From positions 2,969,530 through 3,033,529 of the forward strand of contig CAWICY010000004.1 of assembly GCA_963834845.1 (NCBI GenBank): a stretch of DNA of 64,000 nucleotides. The letters are read 5' to 3'. Each line of letters starts with the position of its first letter. Position 1 is the first letter of the stretch. The stretch comes from an uncultured Pseudomonadota bacterium (GTDB lineage Bacteria; Pseudomonadota; Gammaproteobacteria; Burkholderiales; SG8-39). Positions 18,680 to 30,330 of this stretch are shown piece after piece. The notes under the pieces are model-generated. The model was given only the letters and a program-made list of their open reading frames with translations, was not told the origin of the DNA and searched no databases. A program made the translations under genes and the position numbers.

Positions 18680-19920
18680 TGCGCAGGCTGTACCTGCGCG
18701 TCTACCTCGCGGTGGTCGCGAGCCTGGTGGTGTTCGCGCTCGCCGCGGGATTCCTGTGGCGCCAGCTCGCCGACCCGGGGCTGGCGCGGCCCGCTTACGA
18801 GGCCGCCGAACGGCTGGCGCAGAACGCGCTGCCGCCGGTCGACGCGCCGCTCGGCGCGCAGCAGGCCGCGCTCGAGCGACTGGCTGCCGACTTGCGTGCC
18901 GACGTCGCGCTGTTCGACGCCGAGCGCAAGCCGATTGCGTTCGTCGGCCGCCCCTTGCGCCCGCCGCGCCCGGAGGTGCAGGAAAGCGGCTGGCTGCGGC
19001 GCTTCGGCGGCCCGCCGGCCTGGGGCATCAAGCTGCCCGACGGCCGCTGGCTGGTGGCGAGCGTCCCGCGCAACCGCCGGCACCCGGCCTGGGGACTGTT
19101 CTTCACGCTGGCGCTGCTGGCGATCGGCGTGGGCGTCGGTGCCTATCCGGTGGTGCGCCGCCTGACGCGCCGGCTGGAGAAGCTGCAGGTGGGGGTCGAG
19201 TCGCTCGGCTCGGGCGACCTGGCGGCGCGCGTCGAGGTCGAAGGCGGCGACGAGGTCGCGCGCCTCGCCGAGAGCTTCAACCGTGCCGCGGCGCGCATCG
19301 AGGCGCTGGTCGGCGCGCACAAGTCGCTGCTCGCCAACGCCTCGCACGAGCTGCGCACGCCGCTCACGCGCATCCGCATGGCGGTCGAGCTGATGAAGGA
19401 GGGCGCCGAGCCGAAGAGGAAGATCCAGTTCGAGCGCGACATCGCCGAGCTCGACCAGCTGATCGACGAGATCCTGCTCGCCAGCCGGCTCGATGCGGTC
19501 GACGGGCGCGAGGCCGACGAGGAGGTGGACCTGCTGGCGCTCGCGGCCGAGGAATGCGCGCGCTACGAGGGCGCCGACCTCGACGGCGAGCACGTCGTGC
19601 TGCGCGGGGACCCGCGGCTGCTGCGCCGGCTGATCCGCAACCTGCTGGAGAACGCGCGCCGCCACGGCGCCCCGCCGGTCGAGCTGCGCGTGCGCAGGAG
19701 CGTGGCCGGCGCCGAGATCTCGGTCTGCGACCGCGGCCCGGGAGTGCCCGAGGGCGAGCGCGAGCGCGTGTTCGAGCCGTTCTTCCGCCATGCCGCGGGC
19801 GCAAGCGGCGCCGGGCTGGGCCTCGCGCTGGTGCGCCAGATCGCGCGCCGCCACGGCGGCGACGCGCGCTGCCTGGCGCGCGCGGGCGGCGGCGCCTGCT
19901 TCGTCGCCGAGCTGCGCTAG
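18679..19920 (+). CDS. HAMP-domain sensor histidine kinase
   Basis: 413-aa ORF. Two TM helices, HAMP domain, H-box LLANASHELRTPLT, N/G boxes. TGATG overlap with the regulator gene. Confidence 0.9.
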   Translation: MRRLYLRVYLAVVASLVVFALAAGFLWRQLADPGLARPAYEAAERLAQNALPPVDAPLGAQQAALERLAADLRADVALFDAERKPIAFVGRPLRPPRPEVQESGWLRRFGGPPAWGIKLPDGRWLVASVPRNRRHPAWGLFFTLALLAIGVGVGAYPVVRRLTRRLEKLQVGVESLGSGDLAARVEVEGGDEVARLAESFNRAAARIEALVGAHKSLLANASHELRTPLTRIRMAVELMKEGAEPKRKIQFERDIAELDQLIDEILLASRLDAVDGREADEEVDLLALAAEECARYEGADLDGEHVVLRGDPRLLRRLIRNLLENARRHGAPPVELRVRRSVAGAEISVCDRGPGVPEGERERVFEPFFRHAAGASGAGLGLALVRQIARRHGGDARCLARAGGGACFVAELR

Positions 19921-20504
19921 TTCAGGTCGTCGTCCTTGTAGTACTTCGTTCCCTTGGCGGTGATCTCGGCCGCGAGCCCCGTGTCGGTAAGCTGGTAGAG
20001 CCACACGCCCGGCGACACGGACACCGCGCCGGCGTAGGCTGCGCCCTGCGCGCCCGATTTGGCCGCCGCGCTCGCCTGGCCGCCGAACTCGTAGCCCGCA
20101 TTGACAAAGGCGTTGAAGTCCTTGGCGTTCTCGAACACCCATACCAGCCTGAATTTCTTGGCGCCGAGCCCGAGGCCGGCCTGAACCTCGAGCATCTTCA
20201 TGTAGGTCGTCTTCTTGGCCTTGTTGTCGACCGCGACGCCCTCGCCCTTGCCGCTGCCGACAAAGAGGATCTTCATGCCGAAGTTGCTGAACACCGCGTA
20301 GCCCGCCGACTTCGCAACGGCGGCCTTGGCGCTAGGCTGCGCGCGGTACAGCCGGTCGAGCGTTTCGCTGGTCATCTTCTGTACTTCTGCGCGGGCCTGC
20401 TTCTTTTCCTTGTCGCTCATGGCGGCGGACGCACCCGTCGCGCCCGCCAGGCAAGCAGTGGCCACGACCGCAGCCACCATCAGCTTTCCGAGCCGCATTT
20501 TCAT
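19917..20504 (-). CDS. secreted SYLF (DUF500/Ysc84-like) lipid-binding domain protein
   Basis: Starts at the internal ATG 20504 (AGGAGA RBS) of ORF 19917..21371: MKMRLGKLMVAAVVATACLAGATGASA...GYAVFSNFGMKILFVGSGKGEGVAV...GGQASAAAKSGAQG. The family call is from memory. Confidence 0.7.
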   Translation of the reverse strand: MKMRLGKLMVAAVVATACLAGATGASAAMSDKEKKQARAEVQKMTSETLDRLYRAQPSAKAAVAKSAGYAVFSNFGMKILFVGSGKGEGVAVDNKAKKTTYMKMLEVQAGLGLGAKKFRLVWVFENAKDFNAFVNAGYEFGGQASAAAKSGAQGAAYAGAVSVSPGVWLYQLTDTGLAAEITAKGTKYYKDDDLN

Positions 20505-20565
20505 TCTCCTGTCGTTGTCACGGGGAAACCAGACAGGATTTCTACAGGGTTCGCGGCCGGGGGAC

Positions 20566-20579
20566 TTGACCAGCATCAA
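20566..20579. promoter_or_regulatory. FNR/Anr-type box TTGACCAGCATCAA upstream of the SYLF gene
   Basis: The palindrome is centred 68 nt before ATG 20504. TAGAAA lies at the expected -10 position on the minus strand (20544..20539). Confidence 0.55.
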
Positions 20580-20709
20580 AGCAACCCCCCCGGCGCCACG
20601 CAAGTTCAGGCGGCCTGCGCGGGCGCCGTCATCCTTTCGAGCGAGGCCTGATCCGGGCCGACGAAGGCCGGCGCGCCGCGGCGTCGGCCATTTCGGCGAT
20701 AATGGCGGC

Positions 20710-21009
20710 ATGAACCCGGAACAATCCGACACCGAACAGCCGAACGAGCCGCAAAGTACCGAGCAACGGCCCCAGGACCCCCGCCGCAGACTGCGAGAGC
20801 TGCTCGCCATTCCCGAGCGCGACCGCAGCGACGCGGTGTGGGACGAGATCATCGCCCTCGAAATCGACCTGGCTCCCGGAAACCGCGCCTCCGCGCCGAA
20901 CCCCGACGGCGACCGCCGCAACGACCAAGGCCGTTCGCAGCAGCCCTCGTCCGGCCCGAAGCAGGGCGGGCGCCCCTTCAAGAAGCAGCGGCGCCGCGGC
21001 GGCAGGTAG
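20710..21009 (+). CDS. hypothetical acidic/basic small protein
   Basis: Starts at the internal ATG 20710 of ORF 20326..21009: MNPEQSDTEQPNEP...LRELLAIPERDRSDAVWDEIIALEIDLAPGNR...KKQRRRGGR. No family recognised. Confidence 0.5.
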   Translation: MNPEQSDTEQPNEPQSTEQRPQDPRRRLRELLAIPERDRSDAVWDEIIALEIDLAPGNRASAPNPDGDRRNDQGRSQQPSSGPKQGGRPFKKQRRRGGR

Positions 21010-21026
21010 TCCCGGCGCGGCCACGG

Positions 21027-21970
21027 ATGGCGCTCGACCCGGTGCGCGTGGCGGTGTTCGGCGCCGGCGCGGTGGGCTGCTTCTACGGTGGCATGCTGGC
21101 GCGCGCCGGGCACGAGGTGGTGCTGATCGGCAGGCCGCTGCACGTCGAGGCGATCCGCGCGTCGGGGCTGCATTTCGAGGGACTCGCTTTCGACGAGCAC
21201 ATCCGCCTCGCGGCGAGCACCGACGCCCGAGGCGGTGCGCGGCGCGCGGCTGGTGCTGGTGTGCGTCAAGTCGACCGACAGCGAGCAGGCCGCGGCCGAG
21301 ATCGCGCCTTTCCTCGAGCCCGACAGCATCGTCGTCAACCTGCAGAACGGCGTCGACAACGCCGAGCGCATCCAGGCGCGGCTGTCGCGGCCGGTGATTC
21401 CGGCGGTCGTGTACGTGGCGACCGAGATGGCGGGCCCCGGGCACCTGAAGCACCACGGCCGCGGCGAGCTGGTGATCGGCGCGCTCGATGCGGCGCCAGC
21501 GCCGGCGCTGCGCGAGGCGCTCGTGCGCGTGCAGCGCTGGTTCGGCGAGGCCGGCGTGCCGGTCGGCGATCTCGGACAACGTCGCGGGCGAGCTGTGGGC
21601 CAAGCTGGTCGTCAACTGCGCCTACAACGCGATCTCCGCGATCTCGCAGCTTCCTTACGGCGAGATGATCGGCGGCGTCGGCGTGCGCGAAGTGATGTGC
21701 GACGTGGTCGCCGAGACGCTCGCGGTCGCCGCGGCGAGCGGCGTGCGCACCGCGCCGGAGCTGGTCGATAACGTGTACCGGATCGCGGAATGGATGCCGA
21801 CCCAGTATTCGTCCACCGCGCAGGACCTGCAGCGCGGCCGCCCGACCGAGATCGACCACCTGAACGGTTTGGTGGTGCGCCGGGGTGACGCGCTCGGCGT
21901 GCCGGTGCCGGCGAACCGCGTACTCTATGCGCTCGTCAAGTTGATCGAGTCGAAAGGAAATCCATCATGA
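21027..21970 (+). pseudogene. panE: 2-dehydropantoate 2-reductase, two frameshifts (about 21225 and 21568)
   Basis: VAVFGAGAVGCFYGGMLARAGHEVVLIGR is in frame 1. LVLVCVKSTDSEQAAAEIAPFLEPDSIVVNLQNGVDN is in frame 2 (ORF 21235..). SDNVAGELWAKLVVNCAYNAISAI...STAQDLQRGRPTEIDHLNG is in frame 3 (ORF 21488..21970). Confidence 0.8.
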
Positions 21971-22140
21971 GCAGACACGGCAGGGGCGGGCGTTTCGGGG
22001 CAATCGTGCTGATCCTGGTCGGGGTCGTCGGCCTGCTTGCTAACTTCGGCCTGATCGATAAGCAGACCCTGCACCAGCTGTGGAAACTGTGGCCGTTGAT
22101 CCCGCTCGCCATCGGGGTCGCCATGCTGATGCGACCGCGT

Positions 22141-22155
<15 letters not shown>
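21967..22155 (+). CDS. small two-TM membrane protein
   Basis: 62-aa ORF: FGAIVLILVGVVGLLANFGLI...LWPLIPLAIGVAMLM. ATGA overlap with the panE stop. Confidence 0.55.
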
Positions 22156-23805
<1,650 letters not shown>

Positions 23806-23807
23806 CT

Positions 23808-24725
23808 TCAGTCTCCTTGCATGATTTCGCGCAGCCGCTCGGGCGGCACGCGCACCGAGACGCCGGCGCGCTCCTCGGCGAGCGTCATCGCGATGCGCGC
23901 GTCGCGCTCGCCCCAGCCGCGCGCCATCGCTTCCTCGAGCGCGGCGAGCGCCTGCGCCGCCATCGGCAGCGGCACGCCGCTTTCCTCGGCGAGCGCGGTC
24001 ACCAGCGTCATGTCCTTGTGCGCGAGGCGCAGCGCATGCGCCGGCGGGTCGTAGTCGCCCGACAGGAAATGCTCCGGCAGCCGGTCGAAAGTCCGCTTGC
24101 GCCCGAGCGCGCCCTGGCGCAGCGCGGCGAACAGCGCCGCCGGCTCGACACCCGCCTTGACGCCCAGCGCGAAGGCCTCGGCGAGCGCCGTCTGCACGGC
24201 GAAGCTGGCGCAGTTGTGCACCAGCTTGGCGACCGAGCCCGCGCCGATCGGACCGACGTACAGCACCTGGTCGCCGATCGCGCGCAGCACCGGCAGGTGG
24301 CGCTCGAATTGCGCGCGCTCGCCGCCGACCCACAGCGCGAGCCGCGCCTCGCGCGCCCCCTGCGGCCCGCCGCTCACCGGCGCGTCGAGCAGGTGCACGC
24401 CGCGCCCCAGGAAGTCGGTATGCAGCCGGCGTACCGTCGAGGGCGCGTTGGTCGAGAGGTCGAACCACGCGGCGCCTGCGTGCATGCCCACAGCGAGGCC
24501 GAGCGCGACCTGCACCGTCTCGGCGGGACCGGGCAGCGAGGTGAATACCAGCTCGCACTCGCGCGCCGCCTCGGCCGGGCTGTCGGTCCATGTGGCGCCC
24601 GCGGCGAGCAGCTCGTCGGCTGCCTCGCGCTTGAGGTCGTGCACGGCGAGCGCGTGGCCGGCGCGCTGCAGGTTCGCCGCCATGTGGCGGCCCATCAGTC
24701 CGAGCCCGATGAAGGCGATGCGCAT
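23808..24725 (-). CDS. NAD-binding 3-hydroxyisobutyrate dehydrogenase-family oxidoreductase
   Basis: Starts at the internal ATG 24725: MRIAFIGLGLMGRHMAANL...LDAPVSGGPQGA...GAGSVAKLVHN. Confidence 0.85.
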   Translation of the reverse strand: MRIAFIGLGLMGRHMAANLQRAGHALAVHDLKREAADELLAAGATWTDSPAEAARECELVFTSLPGPAETVQVALGLAVGMHAGAAWFDLSTNAPSTVRRLHTDFLGRGVHLLDAPVSGGPQGAREARLALWVGGERAQFERHLPVLRAIGDQVLYVGPIGAGSVAKLVHNCASFAVQTALAEAFALGVKAGVEPAALFAALRQGALGRKRTFDRLPEHFLSGDYDPPAHALRLAHKDMTLVTALAEESGVPLPMAAQALAALEEAMARGWGERDARIAMTLAEERAGVSVRVPPERLREIMQGD

Positions 24726-24729
24726 GCCG

Positions 24730-25056
24730 CTAGCCGCGCTCGGCGAATACCTGCTTGGCGAGCTGCGCGGCGTGAATGCCGTTCGGCCAGCCGGCATAGA
24801 ACGCGAGGTGCGTCACCAGTTCGCAGATCTCTTCCCTGGTGACGCCGTTGTCGAGCGCGCGCCAGATGTGCCCGCGCAGCTGGTCGCTGCGGTACAGCGC
24901 GGTGAGCGCGGCGACGGTGATCAGGCTGCGGTCGCGCTTCGACAGGCCCTCGCGCGCCCAGACGTCGCCGAACAGCACGTCGTCGGTCAGCTCGCCGAGC
25001 TTGGGCACGATGTCGCGCACCTGGCTGATTCCGGATGGGGGCGGTTTCGCCGGCAT
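24730..25056 (-). CDS. carboxymuconolactone decarboxylase-family (AhpD-like) protein
   Basis: Starts at the internal ATG 25056 (AGGAGA RBS): ...FGDVWAREGLSKRDRSLITVAALTAL...LVTHLAFYAGWPN. Confidence 0.8.
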   Translation of the reverse strand: MPAKPPPSGISQVRDIVPKLGELTDDVLFGDVWAREGLSKRDRSLITVAALTALYRSDQLRGHIWRALDNGVTREEICELVTHLAFYAGWPNGIHAAQLAKQVFAERG

Positions 25057-25140
25057 GATGGTCTCCTGTGCGGGTTTCTCTGTTGTCCAATCGTCCAGTC
25101 GGAAAACTCTAGCACGGTGCGTATCCCGTAGAATCGCGCC

Positions 25141-26802
<1,662 letters not shown>

Positions 26803-26806
<4 letters not shown>

Positions 26807-27619
26807 AGCATCGCCCCCGGCCGGTCGACGGCGTACTGGCCCAGCCGGCCGACGATCCACTGGTAGGCCTCGTCCACCGAGTCGGTGCGGAACACCAGGT
26901 CGAGTCCGGCGCGCTGATGGTGCCGTGGCGCACCAGCGCGTCGAAGTCGATCACCTCCCGCCAGAAGCGGGTGCCGAACAGCACGATCGGCATCGGCTTG
27001 GTCATCTTGCGCGTCTGCACCAGCGTCAGCAGCTCGAACAGCTCGTCTAGCGTGCCGAAGCCTCCGGGAAAAACGATCACCGCCTTCGCCAGATAGGCGA
27101 ACCAGAACTTGCGCATGAAGAAGTAGTGGAAGTGGAAGGCGAGCTCGCGCGTGACGTACGCGGTTGTCGAACTCCTCCACCGGGAATCGAGATGGTGAGC
27201 CCGACGTTCATGCCGCGTGCTTCCGCCGCGCCGCGGTTGGCGGCCTCCATGATGCCCGGGCCGCCGCCGGTGCACACCACGAAGCGCCGCTCCTTCGAGT
27301 CGAGCGCCTTGGACCACTCGGTGAGCCGGAACGCGAGCTCGCGCGCCGCCTCGTAGTACTGCGACATTCCGAGGTCGGTGCGCGCGCGCTCGGGATCGCC
27401 TTCGTCGAGCTGCGCCTGGCGCAGGGCCGCCTCGGCCTGCTCGCGCGACTTGATGCGCGCCGAGCCCATGAAGACGATGGTGTCGTCGACGCGGTGATGC
27501 TCGAAGCGGCTGAGCGGCTCGAGGTACTCCGCCAGGATGCGCAGCGCGCGCGCATCCTTGCTCTTCAGAAAGCCCCGGTTGGTGTAGGCCTTGACCGGCC
27601 GACGTGGCTTTTCCTTCAT
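26803..27619 (-). pseudogene. LOG / TIGR00730-family Rossmann protein (cytokinin riboside 5'-monophosphate phosphoribohydrolase-like), 2-3 frameshifts
   Basis: The N-terminal part is in ORF 27077..27619 (VCTGGGPGIMEAANRGAAEARG). The middle is in ORF 26415..27317 ([42 protein letters not shown]). The end is in ORF 26803..27180 ([19 protein letters not shown]). Confidence 0.75.
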
Positions 27620-27665
27620 TTCGTGCTCCGTGCGCCGGAAGCCTCCGGCCTGCCCGGAGTCTAGC

Positions 27666-28196
27666 TCAGCGGCTCCAGGTCGCGCGCAGCAGCTGGTCTT
27701 CCTTGTTGTAGTGGAACTCGACCTCGCCCTTGTAGGCCTCGTGCACGCGCTCGGCGATGTCGCGCGCCATGTGCGTGCCGGTGGTGGTGACGAGCATCCC
27801 TTCGTCGGTGTCCTCGATCGCCATGATGCGCTCGAGCGGATGTCCGGACTTCTCCTTGCCCTCGCAGTTGCGCACCATGTGCGTGATCTCGTCGCGATGC
27901 GCCTTCAAGTACGGGCCCTTCAGCGTCACGGAGCCGGCGGGATACTTGTCGCGGATGCGGTGGCACGCGGGGCACAGCTGCTCGTGGGCGCCCGGGTCTG
28001 CGGCTTCCCATGTCCAGCGCCCCCGATGATAGGTCGCGCCGCAGCCGGGGCAGCGCGTCGGCTCGGGCAGCTTGCCCTTGGTCTTGTAGGTGTCGTGCAC
28101 GAGCTCCTGCAACAGCTGCTCCCTGCGGAGCATACGAAAACTTCCGCGATCCGGTTTCATGACCTGGCCTTCCATTGCGATTGATTTCTCGGACAT
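27666..28196 (-). CDS. four-Cys zinc-ribbon protein (resembles what I recall as the 'BCAM0308 family')
   Basis: In ORF 27666..28328. Candidate starts are 28196, 28175 or 28160. ...LLQELVHDTYKTKGKLPEPTRCPGCGATYHRGRWTW....LCPACHRIRDKYPAG.VTL.G....HRDEI..MVRN. Confidence 0.6.
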   Translation of the reverse strand: MSEKSIAMEGQVMKPDRGSFRMLRREQLLQELVHDTYKTKGKLPEPTRCPGCGATYHRGRWTWEAADPGAHEQLCPACHRIRDKYPAGSVTLKGPYLKAHRDEITHMVRNCEGKEKSGHPLERIMAIEDTDEGMLVTTTGTHMARDIAERVHEAYKGEVEFHYNKEDQLLRATWSR

Positions 28197-28197
28197 C

Positions 28198-28746
28198 TCA
28201 GGGCAAGGGCCCGTGCTTGCCGACGCTGACGCGCTTCGCCTGCGGCCCTTCGGCCGCCGCCTCTTCGATGAACTGCACCTCGGTGCCGACCGCGAGGCCC
28301 TTGAAATCCGGGTGCACCACGTTTGCACGGCTGAAATACAGCTCGCGCCCGTCCGGCGTCGCGATAAAGCCGTAGCCCTCGTCGGCGACGAGGCGCGCGA
28401 CGCGCCCGTGCTGCGGCACGTCGTGGAGCTTGACGTCGCCCCGTCGGACGCGCACGTCCTCCTCGAGCTGCCGCGTCACCGCCGCGAAGGCGTCGCGCAG
28501 CGCCACGTACACGTCCTCGTGATGGTCGCGGTTGGCGACGATCTCGCGTCCCGGTACGTGCGCGTCGATGCGCACCTGGAACTGGCGCCCCTGATGCTGG
28601 TGCTTGTCCTTTTCCTCGACCGTGACGCGGCAGCTGATGAGCTGCGGGTGGAATTCCTCCAGTTTCGCGGCCTGGTCGCGGATGCGCGCCTCGAGCGCGT
28701 CGGAAGCCGGCATGTGGCGGACCGTGATTTGCAGGGGTACTTGCAT
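28198..28746 (-). CDS. HPF/RaiA ribosome-hibernation domain fused to a C-terminal cold-shock (CSD/OB) domain
   Basis: 182-aa ORF. The N-terminus MQVPLQITVRHMPASDALEARIRDQAAKLEEFHPQLISCRVTVE... is HPF/RaiA-like. The C-terminus GRVARLVADEGYGFIATPDGRELYFSRANVV...GTEVQFIEE is CspA-like. Confidence 0.75.
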   Translation of the reverse strand: MQVPLQITVRHMPASDALEARIRDQAAKLEEFHPQLISCRVTVEEKDKHQHQGRQFQVRIDAHVPGREIVANRDHHEDVYVALRDAFAAVTRQLEEDVRVRRGDVKLHDVPQHGRVARLVADEGYGFIATPDGRELYFSRANVVHPDFKGLAVGTEVQFIEEAAAEGPQAKRVSVGKHGPLP

Positions 28747-28809
28747 GGGACCTTCTTTTGGGCGGGTTGAACCTCTGCTTTCAGAATAGCGGGAGGCCGA
28801 GGGCGGGAC

Positions 28810-28823
28810 TTGACCTTGATCAA
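28810..28823. promoter_or_regulatory. FNR/Anr-type box TTGACCTTGATCAA upstream of hpf-CSD
   Basis: Centred 70 nt before ATG 28746 and overlapping the DUF504 stop codon. TATTCT lies at the expected -10 position (28789..28784, minus strand). Confidence 0.55.
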
Positions 28824-29086
28824 ACCGGTCCCTTTGGCGCTCGCTGCCAGATGAGCTTGCCGTCGCGCCACACCTCGCGTATGCGGTGAAACGGTACCAT
28901 GTGCGTGCTGCCGTCGTCCTCGACTGCGTCGAACGCGAAATGTTCGCCGGGCTCCAGATTCAACCGCCTGAACGGCACGCGCACGTTGCGCCCGGCGACG
29001 CGATCCTCGTAGCCGATCTCGAACTCGCCCTTGCCGAATTCCGGGTCCCAGCGGATGCGGTGCAGCAGGTCCTGGATGGGCATCAT
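28820..29086 (-). CDS. DUF504 / MJ1316-type domain protein (proposed RNA 2',3'-cyclic-phosphate end recognition domain)
   Basis: 88 aa starting at the internal ATG 29086: MMPIQDLLHRIRWDPEFGKGEFEIGYEDRVAGRNVRVPF...HMVPFHRIREVWRDGKLIWQR. ATGA overlap with the PrimPol stop. The family call is from memory of the L..I.WD...Y.DR...IP.HRI...G..IW.R pattern. Confidence 0.65.
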   Translation of the reverse strand: MMPIQDLLHRIRWDPEFGKGEFEIGYEDRVAGRNVRVPFRRLNLEPGEHFAFDAVEDDGSTHMVPFHRIREVWRDGKLIWQRAPKGPV

Positions 29087-29896
29087 GGTCGCTGCGCATC
29101 GCGTTCGCCGAGGTGCAGGCGCGCGATGCTGTCGACCACGCTCGCCACTTCGGCGTCCTCGAGCGGCGGGCTGCAGCGCGCGCGGTTCCACGCCAGCAGC
29201 AGCTCGAGCACCACCTCGGGATCGACCTCGTGCCACAGCAGGTGGCCGGCGAGCGAGGCGAGCGTGGCGTTGCGCTCGCCTTCGCCGACGCCACGGCGGA
29301 CCAGCTCGCGCCAGTGGGCGAGCGGGTGTCCGGCGCGCTTCGCGCCGGCGTCGCGCAGCAGCCAGGTCGGCAGCGGCGCGAGCGGCGCCTCCTGCGGCGC
29401 CCGCCCGCCCGCCCAGGCATAGCGGCGGCCGGTCGGATGGATCGACGGCGGCGCGACGACGCAGCCGCCGTCGCCGCGCAGGTCGATGCCGGGCAGCAGG
29501 CCGACGCGGTTGCCGACCCGGCCGCCCGGGTGCGCGAAGTACAGGTGGCGTCCGCCGCCGCCGGTCAGCGCCTCGACAGTCTCCGGCAACGGGCCGTGAG
29601 CGGCTTCGAGCCGGGCGAGGCTCGCGTCGCCGCCGTGCCCGACGTCGACATCGACCACCACCAGCCCGGAGATGCGTCCGGTGACGATGCCGAGATTGGC
29701 CTCCGGCCAGCGCGCGATCCACGCCTCGAGGTCGTCGGGCGTCGCCAGTCGATCCTGGAACTCGAGCCACGCGATCAGCGGGCGCTTGCCGCGGCGCTCG
29801 ATCGGGATCACCGACCAGCCGCGCCGCAGGTAGCCTAGTGCCGCCTCGCGGTTGCTTGGTGCCGAAGCGCGCTGCGTTGCGTCCCCTCGTCGTCAT
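29083..29896 (-). CDS. bifunctional DNA primase/polymerase (archaeo-eukaryotic Prim-Pol) with a PriCT-like C-terminal domain; frameshift near 29850
   Basis: ORF 29083..29811 carries GLVVVDVDVGHGG (metal-binding DxD), GGGRHLYF and GDGGCVVAPPSIHPTG, then GERNATLASLAGHLLW. The in-frame upstream stretch ...NREAALGYLRRGWSVIPIE has no start codon. ATG 29896 (MTTRGRNAARFGTKQ) is one frame off. Confidence 0.75.
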
Positions 29897-29939
29897 GCGT
29901 AGTCGAGTACGCATTGTTGGGCGAGTTCCCGTGCGCAGT

Positions 29940-29953
29940 TTGATTTACGTCAA
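29940..29953. promoter_or_regulatory. FNR/Anr-type box TTGATTTACGTCAA between PrimPol and a small plus-strand ORF
   Basis: Centred 50 nt before PrimPol ATG 29896 and 41.5 nt before ATG 29988. Confidence 0.5.
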
Positions 29954-29987
29954 GAGACGCTCCCCCGGGCGGCGCGAACATCGCGGC

Positions 29988-30176
29988 ATGGGTCATATGG
30001 AAAAATTCGTGCGTACGCGGCTCCGTCGCGACGGCGCCGAAGACGTGACGGTGCTGCTCGAAAGTGCGGACGCCTTCGAGCCGCGCGTACTCGAACTGCT
30101 GCGCAACCTCAGCGCGCGCTCGGTCCGCTGCAGGCTGCGCCTGGTGGGCGACGGCAGGAAGACGAAACGGACCTGA
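29988..30176 (+). CDS. hypothetical small basic protein (tentative)
   Basis: Inner part of ORF 29838..30176: MGHMEKFVRTRLRRDGAEDVTVLLESADAFEPRVLELLRNLSARSVRCRLRLVGDGRKTKRT. Third-position G+C is high in this frame. No family recognised. Confidence 0.3.
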   Translation: MGHMEKFVRTRLRRDGAEDVTVLLESADAFEPRVLELLRNLSARSVRCRLRLVGDGRKTKRT

Positions 30177-30276
30177 GCTGCGCCACGCGGCATCGACGTG
30201 CAGCAGCTCATCCTCGGGCGTCTCCGTGTCAATCACGACGCTCGAAGCGATGTTGGACGCGCGCCCGCGCCGGCGC

Positions 30277-30290
30277 TTGACGTACGTCAA
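30277..30290. promoter_or_regulatory. FNR/Anr-type box TTGACGTACGTCAA (perfect 14-bp palindrome) upstream of capA
   Basis: Centred 47 nt before ATG 30331. Confidence 0.5.
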
Positions 30291-30330
30291 CCCGGATCCC
30301 GCTTGCGGCGTCAACATGCTCACAATCCCC

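Noticed and set aside
27620-27665. Short hairpin CCGGAagcCTCCGG between the Zn-ribbon gene and the LOG gene, considered as a terminator
   Set aside because: The stem is only 5 bp with no U-tract, so the support is insufficient.
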